Shown: positions 20,948-31,643 of the stretch, piece by piece
Numbering within the stretch: position 1 is the stretch's first letter
Layout of the letters: each line of letters opens with the position of its first letter
Assembly (NCBI GenBank): GCA_964519305.1
Contig: CAZFHY010000010.1
Location: 32,001 to 96,000 of the forward strand
Source: Candidatus Undinarchaeota archaeon
GTDB lineage: Archaea; SpSt-1190; JASMDC01
Direction of reading: 5' to 3'
DNA length: 64,000 nucleotides
Made by a program: the position numbers and the translations under genes
Notes under the pieces: model-generated
What the model was told of the DNA's origin: nothing
What the model saw: only the letters and a program-made list of their open reading frames with translations
Database searches by the model: none

Positions 20948-21454
20948 ATGGTGCTCACCCATGACGAGATCCTGAACGAGATGCAGGCAGGCAACATAGC
21001 TGTCGAGCCGTTCAACGAGACGGCGGTCGGCCCTGCGTCCGTTGACCTGACCCTCGCCCCCGAGATCCGCATCTTCCGCAACATCGACCACTCCATCCCC
21101 GTCACCGAAGGCGCCGATTTCCACGACATCACCAAGCGCAAGGTCATCGAGGACAAGTACACCATCAAGCCCAAGGAGCTCATCCTCGGCATCACCAAGG
21201 AGCGGGTCACCCTGGCGCCCACCATCTGCGGCTGGCTCAACTCCCGCTCGCGGTTCGCACGACTGGGGCTCATGGTCCACATCACCGCACCGTTCATCCA
21301 ACCCGGTGTCTCCAACCGGCAGGTGCTCGAGATATTCAATGCCGGACCCAACAACCTGGAAATCGTCCCCGGCGAGCGACTGTGCCAGCTCATATTCCAG
21401 CGGTGCGAGGGCGAAGCAGAATACCGGGGCCTGTTCATGGAGCAGGAGCTCTGA
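20948..21454 (+). CDS. dcd: dCTP deaminase
   Basis: GPASVDLTL, SRSRFARLGL, TAPFIQPG, LEIFN, RLCQLIF. Confidence 0.93.
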   Translation: MVLTHDEILNEMQAGNIAVEPFNETAVGPASVDLTLAPEIRIFRNIDHSIPVTEGADFHDITKRKVIEDKYTIKPKELILGITKERVTLAPTICGWLNSRSRFARLGLMVHITAPFIQPGVSNRQVLEIFNAGPNNLEIVPGERLCQLIFQRCEGEAEYRGLFMEQEL

Positions 21455-21457
21455 GGC

Positions 21458-23080
21458 CTAACCGCCACGGCAGAACGAGAAGTACCCGAACACACAGCTG
21501 CCGAAGACCACGATCGCCAACCCGGCGTAGATGTACATCTGGAGCTTCGACGGCTCCTTTGGCGCCAGATCCTCGGCCCAGTCCTCGCTGCCGTCGGCCA
21601 TCCTGAATGTCTCCGAACGGACCTCGGCGTCATCGTACACTCCGCCTTCCTGCGTAAAGGTCCCCGGCCCGGTCGTGGGCGCTACCGACGTGTCCGGCGG
21701 CGGGGTCACACCCTCCATTCCCGAGACGTTGAGGTCGACCGTCTCGTTGATGTCCTCGGTCCCCATGAGCGTTTTGTTCAGGGTGCCCGAGAAGATGCCC
21801 TCCAGCCCGGTCTCGTTACCACCTGCTTCCGGGTCGTAGTCCTCGATGTCATCCTTCCACGCATCGGGTAGACCCTCGTAGATGGAGCCTATGTCGTCGC
21901 TGCTGACGGTGTCATCTGTGACGTTCCCTGTATCCGTGTCGTTCGTTGCTGGCGCGTCCGGGTCAACCTCTCCGGGTTCGGGGGCGTCCATCACAACGGA
22001 GGGAACGTACACCTCAGCATCAGGCCTCCGCCATACCCTGGCCGTCCCGTCCCACGAAGACGTGTAGATATAGTCCGCGTCGGCGAACACATCGGTCACT
22101 GCATCGGTGTGCCCGGTAAGCGTCACGAGCAGCGTGAGGTCGGTGCGGTTCCAGAGCCGGGCCCTGCCGTCCCTGGAGGCGGTGTACACATAGTCATCGT
22201 CCGCATGGATTGCCGTAACGGTGTCGTTGTGTCCCGAAAGCGTCGCTATCGGTGAGAGGTCGTCCGCGCTCCACACCTGGACAGTGTATTCCTCGGCCTG
22301 TGTGTCCCGGCCGTCGGTGAAGACGTGCTCGTCGTCGGCGAACACCACCTGCATGCCCGTGGGCGTCGGTGCCGAGAGCGTGCCCTCGAGCGACAGGTCG
22401 GACCGGCGCCACACGCGCACCTCCTTGTCACCGAACGACGCCGTGAATACATGATCGGTGTTGGTGACGACGTCAGTGATCCAGCCGCGATGGCCACGGA
22501 GCACGTTCTCGAGAGCAAGGTCGGACCGGCGGTACACGCGCACGGTCTTGTCATCCGAGGCCGTGTAGACGCGCTCACCGTCGCTCCACACTCCCGTCAC
22601 CAGATCGGTGTGCCCCTCCAGTGTCACGACCGGCGAGAAGATTGTGTTGTCCCACACCCGGGCCACGGTCTCGAATGCGACCGTATAGATGTAGGAGTCG
22701 TCCACGACCAGCTCTGACACGGTCGCGCCGTCCATCCGGACCAGCAGGCCCGGGGAGAAGTCCTTGCGGCTCCACACCATGGCCGTGCCGTCGTCCGAGC
22801 CGGTGAAGATGTACTTCTCAACGGCCCACACGGTGTTCACGTAGTCGGTATGGCGGTCGAGCACGGCGACGAGGAGCGGGTGGGAACCTTCCTTGAGCAT
22901 CGGCGCAGCATCGGTGGTCGGCTCAGGCGTGGGTGCTAGCGTTGGTTCCGATGGAGGTGTCGTGACGTCCCCGGCAATGGTGGCGTTCTCGTCCGCGGAC
23001 GATGGCATTAGCAGAAGGACCGCGAGGAGGAGGACCGCGAACCTCGGCACCGTTTGCTGGAAGGTGGCTCCCGACGCCAT
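21458..23080 (-). CDS. Secreted, C-terminally anchored WD40 beta-propeller protein
   Basis: Signal peptide; about 7 GH...TASxDxTxRVW repeats; acidic stalk; C-terminal TM helix. Confidence 0.9.
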   Translation of the reverse strand: MASGATFQQTVPRFAVLLLAVLLLMPSSADENATIAGDVTTPPSEPTLAPTPEPTTDAAPMLKEGSHPLLVAVLDRHTDYVNTVWAVEKYIFTGSDDGTAMVWSRKDFSPGLLVRMDGATVSELVVDDSYIYTVAFETVARVWDNTIFSPVVTLEGHTDLVTGVWSDGERVYTASDDKTVRVYRRSDLALENVLRGHRGWITDVVTNTDHVFTASFGDKEVRVWRRSDLSLEGTLSAPTPTGMQVVFADDEHVFTDGRDTQAEEYTVQVWSADDLSPIATLSGHNDTVTAIHADDDYVYTASRDGRARLWNRTDLTLLVTLTGHTDAVTDVFADADYIYTSSWDGTARVWRRPDAEVYVPSVVMDAPEPGEVDPDAPATNDTDTGNVTDDTVSSDDIGSIYEGLPDAWKDDIEDYDPEAGGNETGLEGIFSGTLNKTLMGTEDINETVDLNVSGMEGVTPPPDTSVAPTTGPGTFTQEGGVYDDAEVRSETFRMADGSEDWAEDLAPKEPSKLQMYIYAGLAIVVFGSCVFGYFSFCRGG

Positions 23081-23237
23081 CGTATAATCTAATGCGCTCA
23101 AGGGTTATATTCCCTTTGATGGGGAAGGGCCATCGGTCCCGGTGATAGGGCACGAAGCGCTCACATCCGACAGCGCTCTTCTATGGGCACGACCATATGC
23201 ACAATGATCTCGGCGGTATCACTGGCCAGGAATGTGT

Positions 23238-23260
23238 GCGGGGGGCGAATCACCCCCCGC
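23238..23260 (-). terminator. GC-rich hairpin just downstream of tRNA-Phe
   Basis: GCGGGGGG-CGAATCA-CCCCCCGC, perfect 8-bp stem, 4 nt from the tRNA 3' end. Confidence 0.5.
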
Positions 23261-23264
23261 TGAG

Positions 23265-23378
23265 TGGGGCCACCGGGGTTCGAACCCGGGACACCCGGAT
23301 CTCAAATCCTTATCTTGGTATCGGAAGATCCAAGTCAGAACTTCAGTCCGGCGCTCTCCCAGACTGAGCTATGGCCCC
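23265..23378 (-). tRNA. tRNA-Phe(GAA) with 40-nt intron at canonical position 37/38 (intron 23301-23340)
   Basis: GGGGCCATAGCTCAGTCTGGGAGAGCGCCGGACTGAAG-[intron]-ATCCGGGTGTCCCGGGTTCGAACCCCGGTGGCCCCA; anticodon stem CCGGA/TCCGG; no encoded CCA. Confidence 0.95.
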
Positions 23379-23408
23379 TTGCTTCCTTTCCGGAGTGCTG
23401 CGGTTTCC

Positions 23409-23416
23409 TTTATATA
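23409..23416. promoter_or_regulatory. TATA box between divergent tRNA-Phe and radical SAM gene
   Basis: TTTATATA, ~30 nt from the tRNA 5' end and ~22 nt from GTG 23438. Confidence 0.7.
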
Positions 23417-23437
23417 CATTTCTTTTGCCATCGGTCC

Positions 23438-24370
23438 GTGGCCACAATCAAGCTGGGTACCACGGGCGCTGAGCTCAGTGCTGCGGTCCAAGCGCTCCCT
23501 ATCTGTCGCCATTGCGAGGGGTGTCAGGGTGCCGATCCGACCAATCCAGATCCGGTCCACCACGCCTCCATCGAGCTCACCGGGAGGTGCAACCATGAGT
23601 GCATATTCTGCTACTCGCGGGTGGCCGGCGATGCGGGGACGCTGCCCGAACCCGGGTACTACGGTGAGCCGGACCCGCGGGCCATCACCGTGAGCCAGTA
23701 CGGCGAGCCCATGATGGTGCCTGAGCGGTTACTAGCAGTGCTGCGCGAGGCCAGGGAGGCGTACGGTAACGTGCGGCTCGATCTCCAGACCAACGGTACC
23801 CTGCTCACGCCCGCCCTCTGGGAACAGCTGGAGGGGCTGGTGGACCTTTGCATGGTATCGGTCAACGCAGCAGATCCCACGCTCCATGCCGTGGTCAGTG
23901 GTGCGGACACGTTCGACCAGCTTAAGCGTACGCTCGAGCTGGTGGGGCGGTCAAGGGTGTGGGGCATCGTCCGCGTGGTCGATATGCCCGGAATCAACAG
24001 CGACCAGCTGCCCGCCATCTTCGAGCTCGCCCGTTCCACCGGCATGGACGAGGTCATGGTGCACCAGTGCGCCGTCCACGAATCCAACCGCGACCGGTTG
24101 GTGGCAGCCGGCCTCGACCTCGACGCCGTGGCCTATGTTCCCGGCCTGGTGATGCGCGTGGCCCGGGCCGCGGAGGAGACCGGGATGCGCGCCACCATCC
24201 AGGGCTGCGTGCTATCCACTCTCCGTACCATGGACGCCGACGCTCTACCGTACCTGGTCAAAGACTCGCTGTCCGAGGTGCCCGTGCTCAAGCGACAGCG
24301 GGCCCAGATGGGGAAGAGCGCGTGCGGTAAGGACTGCCCGGGGTGCCCCAAGCGCGCCGGCAATCCTTAA
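23438..24370 (+). CDS. Archaeal radical SAM protein
   Basis: CNHECIFC (CxxxCxxC), SQYGEP, LQTNG; extra Cys clusters at both ends; start moved to GTG because the longer ORF overlaps the tRNA. Confidence 0.88.
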   Translation: MATIKLGTTGAELSAAVQALPICRHCEGCQGADPTNPDPVHHASIELTGRCNHECIFCYSRVAGDAGTLPEPGYYGEPDPRAITVSQYGEPMMVPERLLAVLREAREAYGNVRLDLQTNGTLLTPALWEQLEGLVDLCMVSVNAADPTLHAVVSGADTFDQLKRTLELVGRSRVWGIVRVVDMPGINSDQLPAIFELARSTGMDEVMVHQCAVHESNRDRLVAAGLDLDAVAYVPGLVMRVARAAEETGMRATIQGCVLSTLRTMDADALPYLVKDSLSEVPVLKRQRAQMGKSACGKDCPGCPKRAGNP

Positions 24371-24411
24371 GAAGGTGAGCCGCACCCACACCAAGCTGAG
24401 GTGTAGATCGT

Positions 24412-25434
24412 ATGAAGGAGGCGATGCTGTACAAGAAGGAAAAGGACGGCGTGGCCGCCTGTTCCCTCTGCAACCATATGTGCCGCATAAGGCCGGGGAA
24501 GCGCGGTGTATGCCGGGTGCGCGAGAACCGTGACGGCAGTCTGTACTCTCTTACGTACGAGCGGCCGGTCTCCATGGCCGTGGACCCTATCGAGAAGAAG
24601 CCGCTGTTCAACTTCCACCCTGGGACACGAGTGTTCTCCATCGCTACCGCCGGGTGCAACCTCACGTGCAGCTTCTGCCAGAACTGGTCGCTCTCCCAGG
24701 CCGATCCCGGGAACATCGGCTCACGCCAGATCACCGCCGCAGAAGTGGCCGAGCTCGTCGAGTCCGAGGGGTGCGCCGGTATCGCCTACACCTACTCCGA
24801 GCCCACCATCTTCTTCGAGTACGCCTACGATATCGCCAGGCTCGTGCACGAGAAAGGACTGTACAACGTGTTCGTCACCAACGGATACATGACCGTCGAT
24901 GCCGTGCGTGCCATCGCGCCGTACCTCGACGCCGCCAACGTTGACCTCAAGTCGATCCGGCCTGCATTCTACAAGGAGCGGTGCGGTGCGCCCAAGGGGC
25001 CTGACGCGGTGCTGGCGTCCATACGCGAGATGCGCGAGCACAACGTGCACGTGGAGGTCACCAACCTGGTGGTCCCCGGGCTCAACGACAGCGATGACGA
25101 CCTGCGCGAACTGTGCGAGGCCGTGGCCGCCATCGATCCCGGTATCGCCATCCATTTCTCGCGGTTCCATCCCGACTACAAGCTCCGCGACCGGCAGGCG
25201 ACACCCCCCGGGACACTGGAGCGTGCCCAGGCCATCGCCAAGGACGCGGGGCTGCAGTACATCTACCTGGGCAACGTACCCGGCAGCGACGGGGAGAACA
25301 CGTACTGCCCCGCCTGCGGGGGATTGCTTATTAAAAGGTACGGCTTCACGATCATCAGCGACGCGGTCTCGCGCACAGGGGAGTGCCCCGAGTGCGGCGA
25401 GGCCATCAAGATAGCAGGTGAGCGACATGGCTGA
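24412..25434 (+). CDS. amrS: AmmeMemoRadiSam system radical SAM enzyme
   Basis: C..C.H.C..GVCRVREN; DPIEKKPLFNFHPG; GCNLTCSFCQNW; NTYCPACG. Confidence 0.93.
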   Translation: MKEAMLYKKEKDGVAACSLCNHMCRIRPGKRGVCRVRENRDGSLYSLTYERPVSMAVDPIEKKPLFNFHPGTRVFSIATAGCNLTCSFCQNWSLSQADPGNIGSRQITAAEVAELVESEGCAGIAYTYSEPTIFFEYAYDIARLVHEKGLYNVFVTNGYMTVDAVRAIAPYLDAANVDLKSIRPAFYKERCGAPKGPDAVLASIREMREHNVHVEVTNLVVPGLNDSDDDLRELCEAVAAIDPGIAIHFSRFHPDYKLRDRQATPPGTLERAQAIAKDAGLQYIYLGNVPGSDGENTYCPACGGLLIKRYGFTIISDAVSRTGECPECGEAIKIAGERHG

Positions 25435-25945
25435 CGACGACAGGACCGAGGAGCGGGACGAGGACGAGGAGCTCGAGTTCAAGGAGCTCCGCTTCATGGA
25501 TGAGGAGGAAGTTGAAGAGCTTCTCGAGAAGAAGGGTTGGATGCATGCCCGGTTCGTGTACGAGGTCCAGCAGGCGGATGCCGACACTGTTCAGGCCGCG
25601 CTCAAGAAGATCGTCGCCACGCTCCGCTCTCAGGACCATGTCGAAGTGGCCGAGGTGAAGTACACCTCCGTAGAGGAAATCGGTAACAACGTGAACTCCA
25701 TGATCGGCGACGTGGGCGTGTACGCACGGGGCCTCGACGTTATGATGATGCTTGTGCTCAACATCACCCCGTCCACCGTAATCCTCATCGAGCCCGAGAA
25801 ACGTGAGCTATCGATCAATGAGATGCAGAACATCCTCACGGACGTGGGATCCATGATGGAGCACATGGCCAACGAGAACATCCAGCTCAACATCAAGCTA
25901 GATGGGATTGCACGGGGAAGGATGCTCGAGCCGGCAAGGGACTAG
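25427..25945 (+). CDS. Conserved archaeal hypothetical protein
   Basis: ARFVYEV...ALKKIV...PSTVILIEP pattern; overlaps the amrS stop. Confidence 0.7.
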   Translation: MADDDRTEERDEDEELEFKELRFMDEEEVEELLEKKGWMHARFVYEVQQADADTVQAALKKIVATLRSQDHVEVAEVKYTSVEEIGNNVNSMIGDVGVYARGLDVMMMLVLNITPSTVILIEPEKRELSINEMQNILTDVGSMMEHMANENIQLNIKLDGIARGRMLEPARD

Positions 25946-26018
25946 ACCACACTCTCACGTGCTGTGCCTGCCCACACCAAGAGATATCCATAAAAAGCTC
26001 GCTCCTTATCGAAAGACC

Positions 26019-26852
26019 GTGGAACTCCCCACGCTCCACGTAATCCCGATAGACTCGGTCCTCCTCCACGAGGCGATCATCCCTGACAAGGTGCAGAGCC
26101 TTGCCAGCATCATCGAGTCCGACGGTGTCCAGAAGAACCCGATCATCGTCTCCCCTACAAAGGACGGGGAGCACTACATCGCTATCGACGGTATCCATCG
26201 TGCCGAGGCCATGCGTGAACTGGGGTGCGTGAGCGTGGTAGCATCGCTCGTCGACTACGCCGATGCCTCCATCGAGCTGTTCGGTTGGTCGCAGGTGTTC
26301 TTCTCCGTGGAGCAGGACGAGCTGCTGGGCATCATCGAGAAGGTGTGCGGACGCGAGCCTGAGCTGCGGGACTTCCGGGATGCGGCTCGCGCGCTTAAGA
26401 CACGACAGGCGTACTTCGGCTGCGCGTTCCGCAAGGGCAAGGGCGCCTTCCTGGTCCCCTGCGATGAGTTCTCGGTGGAGCAATGGGCCGTGTTCGATCG
26501 CGCCCTCATGGCCGAGGTCCGTGACAGGGAGATCGCCCATCGACCCGTCTCCAACGACTACTGTCTTGACGTGTTCGAGCGGGACGAGGACCTCGCCTGC
26601 CTGTGCCGGCGCCCGGTCATCACCAAGGACGAGGTCGTGCGCATGGCGCTGGCGCGGACACCGCTCCCGTCCGACACCACACGCCACATAATCCCCAACC
26701 GTCCGCTGGGGCTCAACACGCCCCTGGGCCTGCTCAAGGCGCACGTCCCCATGGACGTCGCCAACTCGATCATCGAGGCCGAGGTCCAGAACCGGTGGAC
26801 CAAGGGCGCCATCCGACACTATCCCGACTCGGTCTACATCTACGATGAGTGA
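26019..26852 (+). CDS. ParB/Srx-fold protein, SerK/SbnI-like free-serine kinase family
   Basis: LHE...NPIIV...IDGIHR...LG...VDY, and C-terminal TKDEV...TTRHIIP; GTG start inferred. Confidence 0.75.
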   Translation: MELPTLHVIPIDSVLLHEAIIPDKVQSLASIIESDGVQKNPIIVSPTKDGEHYIAIDGIHRAEAMRELGCVSVVASLVDYADASIELFGWSQVFFSVEQDELLGIIEKVCGREPELRDFRDAARALKTRQAYFGCAFRKGKGAFLVPCDEFSVEQWAVFDRALMAEVRDREIAHRPVSNDYCLDVFERDEDLACLCRRPVITKDEVVRMALARTPLPSDTTRHIIPNRPLGLNTPLGLLKAHVPMDVANSIIEAEVQNRWTKGAIRHYPDSVYIYDE

Positions 26853-26896
26853 ATCTCATCGTTGCGCGACGGTTGCGTCTACGTTTCAGGCAAGTG

Positions 26897-26904
26897 TTTT
26901 ATAT
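26897..26904 (+). promoter_or_regulatory. TATA box upstream of the pilin-like gene
   Basis: TTTTATAT in an AT-rich intergenic gap. Confidence 0.5.
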
Positions 26905-26959
26905 CGTGAACAACTCAATATCATGAGAGTGAGAACATCTCCCAGAGCGTGAAAAGGCA

Positions 26960-28366
<1,407 letters not shown>

Positions 28367-28415
28367 GAACAGACCTACCTGTGAAGACAAGAGATCCCGT
28401 ATCCGGAGAACGGAT

Positions 28416-28949
28416 TCAGTCGCTCGCGGTCTTGGCCGCAGGTACCTTCCCGCCGAACCAGCCCTCGCGCTTCCAGCCCCAGTAGGCAAGGCCCAGCAGG
28501 GTGATGAGGGTTATGTCGCCGATGACGGTTAGCCGGGTGATCTTGATGCCCATCAACATGTTCAGGTAGATGATGGACAACACCACCAGAGCGATTGACA
28601 CCGCGAACGCGATAGTGAACCGCTCGATGGCGTCGATCTCCTCGTCGTCGAACAGTCCGATTGTCCAGGCGTACCCGGGCACAACGAACACCAGCAACAG
28701 GCCGGTGAGGATGAGCAGGGGCTTGATCGCATACTTACAGGCGGCGGTCTCGGGCATGGAGGTCGGCTCGAAGATCGAGATCGCCTCAGTCATCCCGGCC
28801 ACCTCGCACAGCCCCGTGTAGGAAGCGAGGCTCGCCCCGTAGAGCACAAGGATAGCCACCAGGGCCACGGGGATGAAGTACTTGTGGTCGGTGTAGGAGG
28901 TTATCTGCGCCTCCAACGCGTCGAGGCCCGAGGGCTCGTCGTCCGCCAT
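28416..28949 (-). CDS. DUF1616-like archaeal membrane protein
   Basis: FVVPGYAW...LF...IDAIERFTIAFAVSI; 4 TM segments. Confidence 0.75.
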   Translation of the reverse strand: MADDEPSGLDALEAQITSYTDHKYFIPVALVAILVLYGASLASYTGLCEVAGMTEAISIFEPTSMPETAACKYAIKPLLILTGLLLVFVVPGYAWTIGLFDDEEIDAIERFTIAFAVSIALVVLSIIYLNMLMGIKITRLTVIGDITLITLLGLAYWGWKREGWFGGKVPAAKTASD

Positions 28950-29001
28950 GGAGCACCGAGCGCTATTGAGTTATTTAAATCTTTGTCGGGGGCGGCGCGG
29001 C

Positions 29002-29559
29002 TCAGGACTTCTTCTTGGCCCCTTTCTTCGGCTTTACCGGCTTCTTTTTCGGCGCTGCCTTCTTTTTCGTCTTCTTCTTTGTGGGCTTCTCGTCCGCATG
29101 ATCATGACAGCCGCATCCGCAACCCGCGTGGGCGTGCGCCGCGACCGGTTTACTGTCCTCGGCCCCGGTCGACTCGGCGCTCTGGGCCGCGATAATGTCG
29201 CGCAGCGCCTCCAGACCGAACACGACCTTCACTTCAGAGGTCACGCCCCCCTCGCCCCTGAGGCTCTCCAGGAACTGTGTGACCTGCTTGATGGCGTCCT
29301 GGTCCTCGGATTTCCATTCCTCGGCCTTACCCTCGGGGTAGACGAACATAAGGATACCGCGCTCCATGTCATGGTAGAGGAACACCTTCTCGATGCGCTC
29401 CGCGACGTTGCACTCGGGGCACACGATCATGTTCAGCTCACCGTCGAGCACGAGCTGGCGCAGTTCAGGATTCTTTGTGACGTTGACGCTCTCCCAGAGT
29501 TTCGCCTTGAAGATAGCACCGCACTCGCACTGGAACTCGTACTCGCAGAAGGTCGACAT
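29002..29559 (-). CDS. CpXC domain protein with His/Cys patch and Lys-rich tail
   Basis: CECG...WESVNVTKNPELRQ.VLDGELN...CPEC...FLYHD. Confidence 0.85.
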   Translation of the reverse strand: MSTFCEYEFQCECGAIFKAKLWESVNVTKNPELRQLVLDGELNMIVCPECNVAERIEKVFLYHDMERGILMFVYPEGKAEEWKSEDQDAIKQVTQFLESLRGEGGVTSEVKVVFGLEALRDIIAAQSAESTGAEDSKPVAAHAHAGCGCGCHDHADEKPTKKKTKKKAAPKKKPVKPKKGAKKKS

Positions 29560-29614
29560 GGTATCCTCTCTTAGCACGTGAAGGTTCTTAAAGCTGGCCC
29601 AGATGCAGCGCCGG

Positions 29615-29965
29615 TCACCGGAACATAGAGTCAGCGCTGTCGTGCTCCCGGGGATGGGTTTCGCTCGGTCCCTTGATGGGGCCGAACATGCGCTCGTACT
29701 CCTCCACGTTACGGGTAAGCCACCCGGCGATGCTCTTTGCCTGGTAGGGATCGATGACCAGACGCACCTCGGCCGTGCGCCGGAACACAGCACGCCCCGG
29801 ATCGATGGCGGCCGTTCCGAACGCCTCCGTAGGATCGGTCTCCTCCGAGAACACGATCACTTCGAAGAACCCCGGTCGCGGGCCTCCGAACACGCCGTTG
29901 ACGTTCACCGTCCGGTATCCGTCCCGCTCCTTGAACACCACCTGCGGCATCTCCTCCTCGTCCAT
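29615..29965 (-). CDS. Hypothetical protein (DUF3467-like)
   Basis: YRTVNVNGVFGG...AKSIAGWL...VEEYE..FGPI; TATA CTTAAA upstream. Confidence 0.65.
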   Translation of the reverse strand: MDEEEMPQVVFKERDGYRTVNVNGVFGGPRPGFFEVIVFSEETDPTEAFGTAAIDPGRAVFRRTAEVRLVIDPYQAKSIAGWLTRNVEEYERMFGPIKGPSETHPREHDSADSMFR

Positions 29966-30017
29966 ACGGGCGGAAGGTCGCGTCATCTTTAAGAAAGGTC
30001 GCGGTCCAGTGGGTGCC

Positions 30018-31643
30018 ATGGGCTCCGGGCAGGGAGGATGGTCCTGTGTCCTCCGGGCGCTAACACCCTCCTGTGACGTCGCCGCGGTCATGGCGCTCGC
30101 CCTGCTACTGCGTCTAGTCTGGCTCGCCTCGGTACCGCCCGGGCTCATCCCCGACGAACTGTCCATCGGTTACGACGCCTACTCCCTACTGCTCACGGGC
30201 AGCGACATGCACGACGAGCCGTACCCCATCCTCTTCCTCTCCCTTGGCGAGTACAAGAACCCGCTCTACATCTACGCCACTATACCCTCGCTGATGCTCT
30301 TCGGGCTCGGTCCCTGGGGCGTGCGGTTCCCGGCGGTCGTTTTCGGCACCCTTGGCGTGGGGGCCGCGTTCGTTCTCGGCAGGGCGCTGGCAGGTCGCCG
30401 TGCCGGGCTGGCAGCAGCTCTGATGCTGGCGGTGTCGCCTTGGCACCACCACCTGAGCAGGGTCGCCTGGGATCCTGTACCCGTACCGCTCTTCATCGCC
30501 CTGGGCTGGTACATGCTCGAGGCTGGGCTGCGGGGACGGAGGAGGGCGCTGCTGGCCGCGCCGCTCCCCCTAGCGCTGGCACTCTACGCGTACGCCATCC
30601 CGCGGTTCTTCATCCCGACGTTCTTTGCAGGCGTGCTCTTCGTACGGCGGGACCTTGTGCGCGCCCGTCTGAACGACGTCCTGCTCGCGCTCGCGGTGTT
30701 CGTCGTCCTGGTCGCGCCCCTCGCCTCTACATACGTCACCATGCCCGATGCAGCGAACGCCCGGTTCAAGCTGGTCTCAATCTTCACCGATGATGTTCTC
30801 ATGTGGCAGCGCTCGCGGTACTCGGACATGGGGATCGAGAGCCCAACGGTTCTTTACGCTCTCCAGTTCGTCCAGAACTATCTGGCCCATCTGCACCCGG
30901 ACTTCCTCCTCCTCCGCGGTGACACCCAGGTGCGGTACACTACCCGGGTCGTGGGCAAGCTCCACCTCTTCGAGGGTCTCCTGCTCCTGGCCGGTATAGT
31001 GCATATGGCCCGAACGCGACGCCCGGTCCATATAATCCTTCTCTGGGGGCTCCTGCTGGTCCCCGTGGCCGCGAGCCTCACCATCGACAGGATCCCCAAC
31101 TCGATCCGCACTACCGTGGCCCTGCCCTTCATCCAGCTCGTGGCCGCCGTGGGATGGATGCGGCTCGAACCGGTCCTCAGGGACATAGGGCTCAAACTGC
31201 CGTTCCTGGCGGCGTCCTGCCTCCTTGTCGGCTACTACCTCGGATACTACTTCGTGGTCTACCCGGCCGATCCCAGCGTAAACTACTACTGGGACACTGG
31301 ATGGGACGAGGTCAGGGACTACCTGCGCGAGGAGGAGGGGTCGTGGGACGAGGTCCGTATCCCGAACAACATCAGGCGGACGGACAAGTTCCTCCAGTTC
31401 TGGACCGCTCGTGATCCGCTCATGACCCAGAGCAAGAGCTGGGAGGGCACCCCCTATCGTATCAAACCGCCCTGCAGCTATCGCCAGGACGGCGGCAGGC
31501 CCGGTGTGCTCTATATGGTGTACCTCCAGGGCTGGCCGCTCGACGAGGAGTGCAGGTTCGACGACCTGGGGCTCGCGGTCCGCAAGAACGTCACCTTCCC
31601 CCGTGGCCAGACCGCCTTCCTCTTCCTCGCACGCGAGGGGTGA
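30018..31643 (+). CDS. GT-C fold glycosyltransferase (GT39/ArnT-like)
   Basis: PPGLIPDELSIGYDAYSLLLTG.D; YKNPLYIY; VRFP; SPWH..LSR; multi-TM. Confidence 0.88.
   Translation: MGSGQGGWSCVLRALTPSCDVAAVMALALLLRLVWLASVPPGLIPDELSIGYDAYSLLLTGSDMHDEPYPILFLSLGEYKNPLYIYATIPSLMLFGLGPWGVRFPAVVFGTLGVGAAFVLGRALAGRRAGLAAALMLAVSPWHHHLSRVAWDPVPVPLFIALGWYMLEAGLRGRRRALLAAPLPLALALYAYAIPRFFIPTFFAGVLFVRRDLVRARLNDVLLALAVFVVLVAPLASTYVTMPDAANARFKLVSIFTDDVLMWQRSRYSDMGIESPTVLYALQFVQNYLAHLHPDFLLLRGDTQVRYTTRVVGKLHLFEGLLLLAGIVHMARTRRPVHIILLWGLLLVPVAASLTIDRIPNSIRTTVALPFIQLVAAVGWMRLEPVLRDIGLKLPFLAASCLLVGYYLGYYFVVYPADPSVNYYWDTGWDEVRDYLREEEGSWDEVRIPNNIRRTDKFLQFWTARDPLMTQSKSWEGTPYRIKPPCSYRQDGGRPGVLYMVYLQGWPLDEECRFDDLGLAVRKNVTFPRGQTAFLFLAREG

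Noticed and set aside
23100-23400. Integrative element at tRNA-Phe
   Set aside because: No integrase and no duplicated tRNA 3' end seen in the window.
23264-23437. N-terminal 58 aa of the 368-aa radical SAM ORF
   Set aside because: It is the antisense of tRNA-Phe and its promoter; GTG 23438 is the plausible start.
29754-30017. N-terminal extension of the glycosyltransferase ORF
   Set aside because: Overlaps the divergent 29615-29965 gene and the shared TATA region.
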